A DNA stretch of 64,000 nucleotides from a virus. The stretch lies in the IMG/VR virus record IMGVR_UViG_3300010396_000010, positions 1 to 64,000 of that record; one strand, written 5' to 3'. Every line of letters starts with the position of its first letter. Within the stretch, counting starts at the first letter, position 1. The notes under the pieces are model-generated. The model was given only the letters and a program-made list of their open reading frames with translations, had not been told where the DNA came from and did no database searches. Below are positions 1 through 9,342 of the stretch, piece after piece. The position numbers and the translations under genes were made by a program.

Positions 1-1
1 G

Positions 2-388
2 AAAACACATTGGCTTGACGCGGCATGCGTGGGGGCGTCCACGCCCGCTACCTTGCATGTGGGACAGATCGTTCCTCTGGCGGTCACGGCGATGGGGCGG
101 CATAGTCGGCAGATGTGCCGAACTGATGCACATGGTTTCCCGAACAAGGCACCCAAAGCGACAAGCGTTGTTGGTGGATTCCGTACTGGCGATATGGTGC
201 GAGCGGTCGTGCCAGTCAGCAGCACCAAAGCGGGAGTCTATGTGGGGCGCATTGCCATTCGCGCGACAGGCTCCTGCAACATCAAGACCGCACAGGGAAC
301 CATTCAGCATATTCATGTGCGCTATTGCCATCCGCTCCATCGCGGCGACGGCTATTCCTACACGAACACGAAAGAGAGGTCCGCTTAA
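2..388 (+). CDS. iscB: IscB (IS200/IS605 OMEGA nuclease), C-terminal part; 5' end lies outside the window
   Basis: Frame from nt 2 reads KTHWLDAACVG (RuvC-III-like), then GRHSRQMCRTDAHGFP, GFRTGDMVRAVVP, YVGRIAIRATGS and LHRGDGYSY, which match the IscB C-terminus. Confidence 0.85.
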   Translation, partial: KTHWLDAACVGASTPATLHVGQIVPLAVTAMGRHSRQMCRTDAHGFPNKAPKATSVVGGFRTGDMVRAVVPVSSTKAGVYVGRIAIRATGSCNIKTAQGTIQHIHVRYCHPLHRGDGYSYTNTKERSA

Positions 389-394
389 TGGCGG

Positions 395-440
395 GCGGCG
401 TTTCCACCCCATACCTATAAGGCACGGGTAGCCACGCCGC
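395..440 (+). mobile_element. IS200/IS605-type right-end subterminal hairpin of the IscB element
   Basis: GCGGCG-TTTCCACCCC...GGGTAGCCA-CGCCGC imperfect hairpin just after the iscB stop. Confidence 0.6.
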
Positions 441-448
441 GAATTTAG

Positions 449-706
449 ATGCTCAGTTATCACGACATCGCCAATGCATTTGCTGCTGATGCTGCTACTG
501 CTGCGCCGGTCGATGCAGTGCTGGCGGCGAACCACGTCACCCTCGAAGATCTCTCGAAAGCCGATTATCCCCTTGCCGCATTGCTCGGCACAGCAGGTGT
601 GGCGCATGCCAACGTGCAGTGGGCGGTAAAGGCGGAGCAGCGGAATATCTGGCGTGAGCGCCTACAGGATGTCCTCGATGACATCAAAGCGTATTTAACG
701 AAATAA
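449..706 (+). CDS. hypothetical protein
   Basis: 85-aa ORF packed in operon. Confidence 0.5.
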   Translation: MLSYHDIANAFAADAATAAPVDAVLAANHVTLEDLSKADYPLAALLGTAGVAHANVQWAVKAEQRNIWRERLQDVLDDIKAYLTK

Positions 707-722
707 CGAAATGAGGATCAAC

Positions 723-1061
723 ATGGCGAAACTTCAACGCAAAGCCACCACCACCATGACGGTTGCGGAGGCCGGTCAGCGCGGCGGCGCAGCCACCAAG
801 GCGAAGTATGGCCCGGAGCATTACCCGAAGATCGGCAAGAAGGGCGGCGAACTGTTACGCGACAATCGCGGCTCGGAACATTTTGCCGCCATCGGCAAAA
901 TGGGCGGAAACGCCGTCAAAGAGAAATATGGCAGTGAGTTCTTCTCCGCCATCGGCAAGAAGGGCGGAGCTGCCGTCAAGACGAAGGGCAGGGAATATTA
1001 TCAGGAGATAGGCCGCAAGGGCGGCATGGCATCCCGCAAGAAGAAAGCGACAGAATCCTAA
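723..1061 (+). CDS. KGG-repeat general stress protein (GsiB/Em-like)
   Basis: Five ~22-aa repeats: EAGQRGG, KIGKKGG, AIGKMGG, AIGKKGG, EIGRKGG. Confidence 0.85.
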   Translation: MAKLQRKATTTMTVAEAGQRGGAATKAKYGPEHYPKIGKKGGELLRDNRGSEHFAAIGKMGGNAVKEKYGSEFFSAIGKKGGAAVKTKGREYYQEIGRKGGMASRKKKATES

Positions 1062-1109
1062 CCGGAGCGGCGCTTGCCGCTCCATCACACCACAGAAAGA
1101 AGCAGCAGC

Positions 1110-1652
1110 ATGGCAACACCATTTGATCCCAATGATACCGCAGTGTATGACTCTATTTTACTTGAAGTCGTCACGCCAGAGAAAAGCGCAGCGCGGAAGA
1201 AGCGCGACAACAAAACGGTTCTCATCTTCGCCATTATCGTGATACTCATTGGCGTTGCCGTCACCTTTGGTGGAATCGCCATAGGCGACCACACGGAGGC
1301 AACCTTTGCCGCCAGTGAGACAAGGCCAGTCACGCGCTTGGTCTACGTCTCGCCCTCCGTCACCATTTGGGTGCAGCGCGTCAACCCGACGCATCCCGAA
1401 GTGGATTTCTCGATAATCGTCGCCAGCACCGACGCGCACCACATCACCCACACCTACACGTTCGTGATGAGCGACGATCCGCCGGCCGATGGGCGCACCT
1501 ATGTCCTCCACTGTACCTACAATGGTCGGTTCTTCCTGATCGCGGCAGATCTTTTCCTGGATCATCCCATGATCGGCACACAATTCAACGGCGCAGGGAC
1601 GCTCTATCTCACCCTCGGTCGGCAAGGGAAGTACCTTTTGCGCATGCCATGA
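1110..1652 (+). CDS. single-TM membrane/exported protein
   Basis: Basic stretch followed by hydrophobic VLIFAIIVILIGVAVTFGGIAI. Confidence 0.65.
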   Translation: MATPFDPNDTAVYDSILLEVVTPEKSAARKKRDNKTVLIFAIIVILIGVAVTFGGIAIGDHTEATFAASETRPVTRLVYVSPSVTIWVQRVNPTHPEVDFSIIVASTDAHHITHTYTFVMSDDPPADGRTYVLHCTYNGRFFLIAADLFLDHPMIGTQFNGAGTLYLTLGRQGKYLLRMP

Positions 1653-1767
1653 CGCACACACCCTTACCTCAAAAGGACACCAGCATTGCCCCGCTGGTGT
1701 CCTTTTGTTGACAAGGCGCAGAGGATGTGCCATACTAAGACTGATATCAAGTATATGAGGAAATCCG

Positions 1768-2034
1768 ATGGCAAACAACGCTTACATCTCCACGCTCGAT
1801 AATACGATTCTATCCGTGCGCAGGAAGCCGGGACCGGCAGCCTACGCGCTACCGCAGTGCGCCTACACCTCACCGAGCGGGGAACGCTGCACGAAGCTGG
1901 TCAAACGACTCAAATCCGAGTATTGTTGCGCGAGTCATGCCCACATGAATCGCCCGCGTACCACCACCCCCAAGCCCGCACCGCTCCCACGCGCCTCCCG
2001 CGCCAGCGCCTTCATCACGTCTCTCGAAGATTAG
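1768..2034 (+). CDS. small Cys/His-containing hypothetical protein
   Basis: GAGG RBS; upstream TTGACA-17-CATACT promoter near 1708. Confidence 0.55.
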   Translation: MANNAYISTLDNTILSVRRKPGPAAYALPQCAYTSPSGERCTKLVKRLKSEYCCASHAHMNRPRTTTPKPAPLPRASRASAFITSLED

Positions 2035-2101
2035 CCGCGCCCCTTGGAGGGGATGCGGCACATCCACACCCCAGCTTTACCCCATTCACCCTATCTACTT
2101 A

Positions 2102-2137
2102 CTAATAGTTGACATGATGTAATTGGCGTGGTATAGT
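2102..2137 (+). promoter_or_regulatory. sigma70-type promoter with 13-bp CTAATAGTTGACA motif
   Basis: TTGACA (2109-2114), 17-nt spacer, TATAGT (2132-2137). Confidence 0.75.
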
Positions 2138-2169
2138 GTAGGCATCACACGAATAAAGGAGATGCTTAC

Positions 2170-3045
2170 ATGAACGAGTCCAAACAATTTCCCGCCACCT
2201 GGGCCGCACTGCTGACGGACTACGATCCCAATGACCACTTGTTGCAACTGGAACGGTTCGACAAGCGCACACAAAAGAAGATCATCAACGATTATCTGAA
2301 CGTGCAAAATCGCCTGATGTGGTTCTTAAAGGACCAGCGTGCATTGATCCTGGCTGGCGTTGCCACCACCGCGTATGTCATTCAAACGGAAATGGTGGAG
2401 CATGACCAGCAAGAAAAATGGGCCAACTTCAAAACCTATGTGCGCGACGTGCTGGGCAATGAGGCGACCATGTACGGTTCGGAGTCGGTGCGGGACTTCG
2501 GGGACTATCTGGAAAAAGCCAGCACCAAATCGTTGGGACGCGCCCTCTTGCTGCTAGGCTATGGCACAGCGTTCGCTGACGAATTGGACGAGGGGGAGCG
2601 CGTCGTAGATGCGCCGACCGAGCGCAAAGAAGGCAGCGAGAAGAAGTCCGCACCTACTCGCCCGCAACAGCAACAGAACACCGCCCCTGCGCAACCACAG
2701 ACACGCACAGCACCAGCACCGCAACCGCAAGAGACACCGCAAACTACGATGTCCTCCGAGGAATATGTCAAATCGTTCATCGAGAGGTTCGGCATTGGCA
2801 AACTCGCTATGTCCTCGTTCGTGTCGCGGGAAAAGCTCACAAAAGAGTGGGATGTCCTAGCGGCAGCCCTGCGCAACCCGGAGAAAGCGGCACATTGCTG
2901 CGTCACGTCCTGGACGATGGCCCACAAGTTCACCATCGATCAGATCGTGGACCTGATGCGGCGTGAGAAGATGACAAACTACCAGCAGGTGTGGGCGGCG
3001 ATCCAGAAGGACGACCGTGATATCATGGCTGGCCTGACTGCCTAA
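2170..3045 (+). CDS. Rad52/Sak-like ssDNA-annealing recombinase
   Basis: YLNVQNRLMWF and DYLEKASTKSLGRALLLLGYG motifs; Pro/Gln linker; AAGGAG RBS. Confidence 0.6.
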   Translation: MNESKQFPATWAALLTDYDPNDHLLQLERFDKRTQKKIINDYLNVQNRLMWFLKDQRALILAGVATTAYVIQTEMVEHDQQEKWANFKTYVRDVLGNEATMYGSESVRDFGDYLEKASTKSLGRALLLLGYGTAFADELDEGERVVDAPTERKEGSEKKSAPTRPQQQQNTAPAQPQTRTAPAPQPQETPQTTMSSEEYVKSFIERFGIGKLAMSSFVSREKLTKEWDVLAAALRNPEKAAHCCVTSWTMAHKFTIDQIVDLMRREKMTNYQQVWAAIQKDDRDIMAGLTA

Positions 3046-3103
3046 TAATAGACATTCCGTCCTAGTATATTGACTACGATACCGCGAAAGGACGATACTA
3101 CAG

Positions 3104-3556
3104 ATGAGTGAACCCTACATGGGGACGGGATCGGGACGGTTAATTTCCGTCCCGGTGTCCACTGCATTTCTCTTGCGCTGCTTCAACCGCTGGCGCAACG
3201 AGGATGTGATTCCATCGCTGCGCGAAGCAGCAAAAGGCATCAGTCTGATTGATAAGGGTGAGGCGGAGCGGCGGCGGATAGAGAACGGTGATGCCATTGA
3301 CCTCAGCGGCCTCCGCATCAGTTATCAAACGGTGGTCAACATCGACGTGCAGATGCGTGAAATCGTCGAGCGCCAGCAGCAGGGCGAACCTCCGCCCGCG
3401 ACGGTGCAAGTGGGACTGATCTCCTACCTGCTGATTAGCGCATGGATGGGCGAAGCCCCGGCACTGCCCAACGACGATCCACGCATCACGGCTGTAGCAA
3501 ACTTGTGGCGCATCATCTACAACGAAGAACGCAGAAGGCAAGGAAAAATCGAATGA
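3104..3556 (+). CDS. hypothetical protein (possible DNA-binding)
   Basis: ORF after TTGACT-18-GATACT promoter; overlaps next gene. Confidence 0.55.
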   Translation: MSEPYMGTGSGRLISVPVSTAFLLRCFNRWRNEDVIPSLREAAKGISLIDKGEAERRRIENGDAIDLSGLRISYQTVVNIDVQMREIVERQQQGEPPPATVQVGLISYLLISAWMGEAPALPNDDPRITAVANLWRIIYNEERRRQGKIE

Positions 3557-3891
3557 AAACCAAACTCCGCGACATGCCGGTGCCTGATCCCTATTGCGAC
3601 GTGGGCGATGAGTGGACGCGCGCCATGCGCTCAGAGATCCGTCACCTCGCCCGCGAAACGAAGACGGCCTATGAGGCTGGCGGCATCGAAGAACGCAACA
3701 TCCTCCTGGAACCCATGACGCCCTATGTGGTGGCGCTGATGAACCGCCATTGCCTCACGGTTGAGGATGCCTACGCCCAGGTGTGGGTGTATTGTGCGAC
3801 GACCATTGCCGAGGAAACCTACGACGAGATTCAAGCCATGCTGAGGAATAAACATCGTGCAAAAGAAAGCGAACTTGCTCACGCCTCCTGA
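3553..3891 (+). CDS. hypothetical protein
   Basis: ATGA overlap with the upstream gene. Confidence 0.6.
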   Translation: MKTKLRDMPVPDPYCDVGDEWTRAMRSEIRHLARETKTAYEAGGIEERNILLEPMTPYVVALMNRHCLTVEDAYAQVWVYCATTIAEETYDEIQAMLRNKHRAKESELAHAS

Positions 3892-4252
3892 GCGGTTGAG
3901 CGTTGAGGATGTGCGGATGCTGCTCTGGCGGCAGATGCCCGAAGACGATCTGGAAGAATTTATCCGCGAAATGGCAAAGGCGCACCATTGGATGCGGTAT
4001 CACACCCGGCGCTCCCAGCACTCGGAGTCGGGGTGGCCCGATGATGTGCTGGTCCGGGGCGGCGACATGATCATCGTGGAGAATAAGCGCGAGGGGACGC
4101 GCTACCGCCCGTCAGCGGCGCAGCAGCAATGGCTTGACGCGCTGCGGCAGGTGCAGCGTATCCATGTCGATTTCTGGCAACCCCACGACCAGGATCGGAT
4201 TGCACGCCTACTGGAACACGGCATAGCAAACGGCCAGCACATCACAAGATAG
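3857..4252 (+). CDS. VRR-NUC domain nuclease (Holliday junction resolvase-like)
   Basis: GWPDDVLVRGG...IVENK...SAAQQQWLDAL PD-(D/E)xK signature. Confidence 0.8.
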   Translation: MQKKANLLTPPERLSVEDVRMLLWRQMPEDDLEEFIREMAKAHHWMRYHTRRSQHSESGWPDDVLVRGGDMIIVENKREGTRYRPSAAQQQWLDALRQVQRIHVDFWQPHDQDRIARLLEHGIANGQHITR

Positions 4253-4266
4253 AAAGAGACAAGGCG

Positions 4267-4506
4267 ATGCAAAAACCAGACAGCGCATTCGTGCGGTGCA
4301 TCTGCTGTGTGCGCGGGTGCTACGGCGACCGCTCGTGCGGTGCAGGGGCATTCACCCGCGACGAAACCAGCGGATGCTTTAACGGCAGAGTGCGCCCAAC
4401 AGGCTATGCACAAAAGAAAAACGCTGCCATCAACCAGCGTGAGTTCAGCGATCTCATTTATCCCAAAGGTGTGACGTGGCAAGGTCGCACGAAGGATCAG
4501 GCATGA
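4267..4506 (+). CDS. hypothetical protein
   Basis: ORF with CxxC; ATGA overlap with the initiator gene. Confidence 0.45.
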   Translation: MQKPDSAFVRCICCVRGCYGDRSCGAGAFTRDETSGCFNGRVRPTGYAQKKNAAINQREFSDLIYPKGVTWQGRTKDQA

Positions 4507-5708
4507 GCGCACTTCTCATGGGGCAGGTGTGGAGCCATCTATTTCAAAGTCGCGCAGAGATGGATATCGTTCTTGCTCTAGCGGATCACGGCCACGACGA
4601 TGGCACCCACATCCACCCAAGCGTGCTGTACTTGGCATGGAAGGCGGTCCTCTCAGAACGTCAGGTGCAGCGCATCCTGCGCGAACTGGAAGAACGCGGC
4701 ATTATCAAACCAGCAGCGAACGAACAGGGCGGGCGCGGCAAAACAACCGAGTGGGAAATGCACCTAGAAAATGCCCCACCCAAGCCTCCATTCCAGCGCG
4801 GAAACCCTGATTGCCTTATCGGTGTCACCTATCAGAAAAAGGGTGACATTTCGGCGGATGAGGTTATTTCAAAATCAGAAAAGGGTGACATTTCGACGCA
4901 AGAAAGGGTGACATTTTCAGGGGTAATACAGAAAAAGGGTGACATTTCCAGCGTAAAGGGTGACATTTCGGCGCACAAAACTGGCAACGACGCCAGCACC
5001 CATGAGGAATTGTGCAACCCTAACCATAGAACCATCATAGATCAACCATCAGATCATGAACCATCATCTTCTCAGGAAAAATCTGCTGACGCTCCCCAGG
5101 AGGGTGAGTGGCACCTTCCCGAACACCCACTCCAAGCAGATCCCGCAGATAACGGAACCCTGACGGGAGAGGAAACCCCTCCCCCTGTTGCGCCCGCCCC
5201 CTCCCCAGCGGCGAAGGGCAAGCGTGGGCGCAGCAAGAAGCCAGCAACGGAGAAACCCGTCATAGACCCGACTACTCCGAAGCACAAGGAAGATAGCGAT
5301 GCAATGAAGTTGGCGCTATACCTGCGTAAGCGCATCCTCGACAACTACCCCAACGCCGATGTCCCGAAGGGCGGATGGGATGATAAGAAGGTGCAAGCGT
5401 GGGCAACGGAACTGGATCAGATGCTGCGCCTCGACGGACAACAGGGGCGTGACAAAGTGGAGGCCGCGCACGTCATTGACGCGATGGCGACCGATACCTT
5501 CTGGCGTGGCCGCTGCTTCAATGCCAAGTATTTCCGCAGCCACTACGACACGTTCAACGGCATCCGCTTGGAGAAGCTGACTAATATTAGGCAAGATGGA
5601 GGGAAACATGGCTACACAGCGACGCGCCGATCTGGCATTGGTCAAGCACCACGCGGTCCTAACGCCTACGCGAATGACCGCAACGACATCATCCCGCCGT
5701 GCGACTGA
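4503..5708 (+). CDS. phage replication initiator (N-terminal winged HTH)
   Basis: LALADHGHDDG..HPSVLYLA...SERQVQRILRELEERGII HTH; internal iterons; followed by a DnaC-like gene. Confidence 0.8.
   Translation: MSALLMGQVWSHLFQSRAEMDIVLALADHGHDDGTHIHPSVLYLAWKAVLSERQVQRILRELEERGIIKPAANEQGGRGKTTEWEMHLENAPPKPPFQRGNPDCLIGVTYQKKGDISADEVISKSEKGDISTQERVTFSGVIQKKGDISSVKGDISAHKTGNDASTHEELCNPNHRTIIDQPSDHEPSSSQEKSADAPQEGEWHLPEHPLQADPADNGTLTGEETPPPVAPAPSPAAKGKRGRSKKPATEKPVIDPTTPKHKEDSDAMKLALYLRKRILDNYPNADVPKGGWDDKKVQAWATELDQMLRLDGQQGRDKVEAAHVIDAMATDTFWRGRCFNAKYFRSHYDTFNGIRLEKLTNIRQDGGKHGYTATRRSGIGQAPRGPNAYANDRNDIIPPCD
4838..4968 (+). repeat. replication-origin iterons, 5 x AAAGGGTGACATTT
   Basis: Exact 14-mer at 4838, 4880, 4903, 4934 and 4955; inverted partial TGTCACC near 4823; inside the initiator as in lambda O. 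Confidence 0.85.
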
Positions 5709-6591
5709 GGCGGAAGACGACGCCCTCGATATTGCGCTGGCGCTCTACGATGCGCAACCGCATATGCCCATTGTGCGCGAGGTCCGACACAAACCAGCGG
5801 GCAAGAGTCGCATGCAGATTGCCATCGAGAATGCGCGGGCGACGTATGCCGCTGAGGAAGCACAGCGATTTGAAGCGTATCCCTGCTGCGGAGGTGTGGG
5901 CTACGTGCATGCGGACGTGGACATCCACCATCCCAGGTTCGGGAAACTGGCCCCTTGCCAAGGCGGCAAGTGCAAAGCCTATCAGGCGATCATGGTCGCA
6001 CGCCTAGAAAAGCTGAGCATCGTTCCCCGCGATCTGGTGGCGATGAAAGCGACCTGGGCCACGTTCCCCACTACCATAGATCGCAAGGCACTCACCAACG
6101 TGCGCAACTACGCGACGGCGATCATCAAGGGCAAGCAGGATCGGCGCGGGCTGGTGATGCGCGGCATGAACCAGATCGGCAAAACCGGCATGGCATTCTG
6201 CGTCCATCGGGATTTGCGGGCGGCGACCGTGCCGAGTGTATTTATCCGCACGATTGATTTTCTGGACCGCATGCACGTGGCGCTGATGGACGACGACGAC
6301 AAGACCCGCCATCTGACACTCATGAGCAACTTCGCCAGCGTGACGCACCTCGTGCTGGACGACCTGGGCGCAGAGAAGCCCACAGAGAAGCGCGAGGAAT
6401 GGCTGTACAACCTGCTGGACCAGCGCATGAAAGATCCCGACTGCTGGACGACGATCACCACCAACCTCGAAGGCGACGCCCTGCGCGAGAAGTTGGGCGA
6501 CCGCATCTATTCGCGCATCGCGGGCAGCCGCAGCGACCTATTTCTGATCAAAGTCGAGGGCGAGATGAACGCGCTGAAAGGTGGCGCGTGA
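5596..6591 (+). CDS. DnaC/IstB-like helicase-loader ATPase (start uncertain)
   Basis: Cys motif CCGG...PC; Walker A GMNQIGKT; Walker B LVLDDLG; TTN and RIYSRI motifs. Confidence 0.85.
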   Translation: MEGNMATQRRADLALVKHHAVLTPTRMTATTSSRRATEAEDDALDIALALYDAQPHMPIVREVRHKPAGKSRMQIAIENARATYAAEEAQRFEAYPCCGGVGYVHADVDIHHPRFGKLAPCQGGKCKAYQAIMVARLEKLSIVPRDLVAMKATWATFPTTIDRKALTNVRNYATAIIKGKQDRRGLVMRGMNQIGKTGMAFCVHRDLRAATVPSVFIRTIDFLDRMHVALMDDDDKTRHLTLMSNFASVTHLVLDDLGAEKPTEKREEWLYNLLDQRMKDPDCWTTITTNLEGDALREKLGDRIYSRIAGSRSDLFLIKVEGEMNALKGGA

Positions 6592-7508
6592 TGGCCACTC
6601 TGCCGCGTCATGATAAACCCGCGCCGATCACCGGGCGGTCCAAAGCACCCTTCGCCTACTTCGGCGGGAAGTCTGCCATGATTCACAACCTGCTGCCCCT
6701 GCTGCCGCCGCACGAAGTCTACGTGGACGTGTGCGGTGGATCGGGTGCGTTGCTCTTTGCCAAAGACGCGGCGGAACTGGAAGTGTTCAATGACGCTGAT
6801 TCGGCGCTGGTGAATTTCTTTCGTGTGTTGCGCGACAGACAGCAATGCGCTGATCTGGTGCAACTGCTGGACCTGTCGCCCTTTTCCCGCGAAGACTACC
6901 TGTTTTGTCGCGTCCATTACAACGACAGCGACGACGAGGTTGAGCGGGCGCGGCGCTGGTACATCGCCGCGCAACAAGCGTTCTCCGGTCATTTCGGACG
7001 CAGTGGATGGAAGCAATCGAAGACGATTTCCGGCCACGCGGTGAAATCATTCCGCCACAACGTTGAGCGATTCAGCCAGTTCACGGAACGACTGCACTAT
7101 GTACAGATCGAAAACCTCAGTTTCGAGCGCATCATACGCGACTACGATGCCGAGGATGTGCTGTATTATTGCGACCCGCCCTACCTGCCGGAGACACGCC
7201 GTGACGGGGGCTATCGCCATGAGATGACGGTGGAGCAGCATCGGCAACTGCTCCAGCTCATCACCACCTGCAAGGGGATGGTCATCCTGAGTGGCTATGA
7301 CAATCCACTGTATCGCTCATTCCTTGGCGACTGGCAACTGCATCAGTTTGAAGTCACCGCCCACTCAGCGGCCAAGACCAAAGCCACCGGCCTACAGGGC
7401 AAGGGCGCGATGAAGAATCAGACGCGGGTAGAGTCGATCTGGATTAAACCAAACACGATTAAACCACCAAGCAAACAATTGAGCTTATGGGGGCAGTCAG
7501 ATGAATAG
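6591..7508 (+). CDS. DNA adenine methyltransferase (Dam/D12 class)
   Basis: FAYFGGKS, YVDVCGGSG, EVFND and YCDPPY motifs. Confidence 0.92.
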   Translation: MATLPRHDKPAPITGRSKAPFAYFGGKSAMIHNLLPLLPPHEVYVDVCGGSGALLFAKDAAELEVFNDADSALVNFFRVLRDRQQCADLVQLLDLSPFSREDYLFCRVHYNDSDDEVERARRWYIAAQQAFSGHFGRSGWKQSKTISGHAVKSFRHNVERFSQFTERLHYVQIENLSFERIIRDYDAEDVLYYCDPPYLPETRRDGGYRHEMTVEQHRQLLQLITTCKGMVILSGYDNPLYRSFLGDWQLHQFEVTAHSAAKTKATGLQGKGAMKNQTRVESIWIKPNTIKPPSKQLSLWGQSDE

Positions 7509-8010
7509 TAACGGTTGTACCAGCCATAATAAGTGCCTTCGGGCCAACAAGCGATTTAAGTCCTATATCCAAGTCGATCCTGAAACAGGATGCTGGCTAT
7601 GGACAAAGGGAAAGTCGCGTGATGGCTACGGAGAATTCAATGCTGGAAGGAGGTGGAAAGCACATAGATTTGCGTTCCACATGGCAGGGAATGAACTCAT
7701 TCCAGGATTGACACTAGACCATTTATGTCGCGTTAGGCATTGCGTCAATCCAGATCATTTGGAGCAAGTCGATCTGAGAACGAATATTCTACGCGGAGAG
7801 AACCCAAGCGCGAAAGCAGCACGTGTTATTTGTTGCCCCAAAGGCCATCCTTACGATGAGCAAAATACGAACACCTATCAGGGATACCGTCGCTGCAAGG
7901 CATGTCGGCGGGAACTTGACAAGCGACGGTTGCAAGATCCAGTCTTTCGTAAACAAGTTTCGATTCGCCAAGCGAAATGGTATCAGGCGAAGAAAACAAG
8001 GGCATCATAA
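7501..8010 (+). CDS. HNH homing endonuclease
   Basis: GCWLW..GYG..AHR..LDHLCRVRHCVNPDHL..N, plus C-terminal CPKGH..RRCKAC; AT-richer than its flanks. Confidence 0.9.
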   Translation: MNSNGCTSHNKCLRANKRFKSYIQVDPETGCWLWTKGKSRDGYGEFNAGRRWKAHRFAFHMAGNELIPGLTLDHLCRVRHCVNPDHLEQVDLRTNILRGENPSAKAARVICCPKGHPYDEQNTNTYQGYRRCKACRRELDKRRLQDPVFRKQVSIRQAKWYQAKKTRAS

Positions 8011-8076
8011 AGTGTTTGGATCAAGCCCAACACGATCAAGCAGCCCAAGGAAATCAAGAATCTCACCCTGTGGTGA
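8011..8076 (+). pseudogene. displaced original 3' end of the dam gene
   Basis: Encodes SVWIKPNTIKQPKEIKNLTLW*, a paralogue of the current Dam tail SIWIKPNTIKPPSKQLSLW (7434-7490). Confidence 0.8.
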
Positions 8077-8090
8077 AGAAAGGAACCATC

Positions 8091-8387
8091 ATGCGTAACC
8101 AGAAACCCAAGACGCTGCAAGAACGATTTGAGGAGTTTGACGCGGCGCACCCGGAGATTTATGCCACGTTCAAGCAATACGCGCTGCGAATCCGCATGCG
8201 CCGTATCCATTACTCGGCACGCCTCATTCTCAGTGGCATCAGCTTCAACACGATGCTCGACGGGCGCGACATTGACGAATACAAGATCAACAACGACTTT
8301 TCCAGCAGGTATGCGCGGAAACTGATCAAAGAAGATCCGTTGAACTTCGGGCAGTTCTTCGAGACACGCCGACTGAAAGCCGCATAG
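8091..8387 (+). CDS. phage hypothetical protein
   Basis: AAAGGA RBS; YKINNDFSSRYAR motif seen in phage proteins. Confidence 0.7.
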   Translation: MRNQKPKTLQERFEEFDAAHPEIYATFKQYALRIRMRRIHYSARLILSGISFNTMLDGRDIDEYKINNDFSSRYARKLIKEDPLNFGQFFETRRLKAA

Positions 8388-8399
8388 GAGGGTACGCCA

Positions 8400-9290
8400 A
8401 TGGCCGCGCAACGCGACGACGATCTGTATGAGGATATGCCTGATGATGAGGCGATGCCTGATGCGCAGATGGGTGATGACGTACAAGCGTATCTCTTGGA
8501 AATCGGGCGTTATCCGCTGCTGACCGACGCAGAAGAATTGGCGCTGGCACAGCGCATCGCGCAAGGCGACGCCGATGCTAAGCGGATCTTCATCGAGTGC
8601 AACCTGCGATTGGTGGTCAGCATTGCCAAACGATTTGTGCGTTACACGCACTCGCTGCCGCTGCTCGATCTCATCCAAGAGGGGAACATTGGCCTGATAC
8701 GGGCCGTGGAGAAGTTCGACTGGCGGCGAGGGAATCGGTTCAGCACGCATGCGACGTGGTGGATTCGCCAGGACATTACACGTGGCATCATGAGTAAGGG
8801 GCGTGCCATTCGTCTGCCTGAGCATGTGGCGATAGCCCTGAATCGCCTCAAGCGTCTGCGCAACGCCCTCATGCGTGACACGGGCGTGTTGCCCACCTAC
8901 GAGGAGATCGCCGCCAAGGCGGAGATGCCGACCCGGCGCGTGAGGGAACTGTTCGGATTCGATGATGGCCCCCTGTCGCTCGATGCCGCAGAGTACGGCG
9001 ACGACCACGACACGCCGTTGGCTGACATCCTGCCGGACACCACCAGCGCCGCGCCAGATGCTATCGCCACCTTGGCGGATATTAGCGCATTGGATGATGC
9101 ATTGGAACGGCTCTCGCCCCGCGAACGTGAGGTGTTGCGACTGCGCAAGGGCGTGGTCGATGGGCATGAATGGACGCTGGCCGAGATCGGTCAGAAATTT
9201 GGGCGCACCCGCGAGTGCATCCGCCAGATCGAAACCAGGGCGCTGCGCAAACTCCGCGCACCCGCCATGATGCATGCCCTCGTTGACTAA
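8400..9290 (+). CDS. RpoD-like sigma70 factor lacking region 1.1
   Basis: [11 protein letters not shown] (r1.2), [39 protein letters not shown] (r2), [15 protein letters not shown] (r4). Confidence 0.95.
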   Translation: MAAQRDDDLYEDMPDDEAMPDAQMGDDVQAYLLEIGRYPLLTDAEELALAQRIAQGDADAKRIFIECNLRLVVSIAKRFVRYTHSLPLLDLIQEGNIGLIRAVEKFDWRRGNRFSTHATWWIRQDITRGIMSKGRAIRLPEHVAIALNRLKRLRNALMRDTGVLPTYEEIAAKAEMPTRRVRELFGFDDGPLSLDAAEYGDDHDTPLADILPDTTSAAPDAIATLADISALDDALERLSPREREVLRLRKGVVDGHEWTLAEIGQKFGRTRECIRQIETRALRKLRAPAMMHALVD

Positions 9291-9342
9291 TTTTAGGCAA
9301 CAGTGCTATACTACAGAGTGAAAAGCTGCTACGGAGGAAATC

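Noticed and set aside
7434-8010. Group I intron carrying the HNH
   Set aside because: No room for a ribozyme core and no terminal G; the insert is almost entirely coding.
7983-9275. 430-aa minus-strand ORF
   Set aside because: Antisense shadow of the sigma factor gene.
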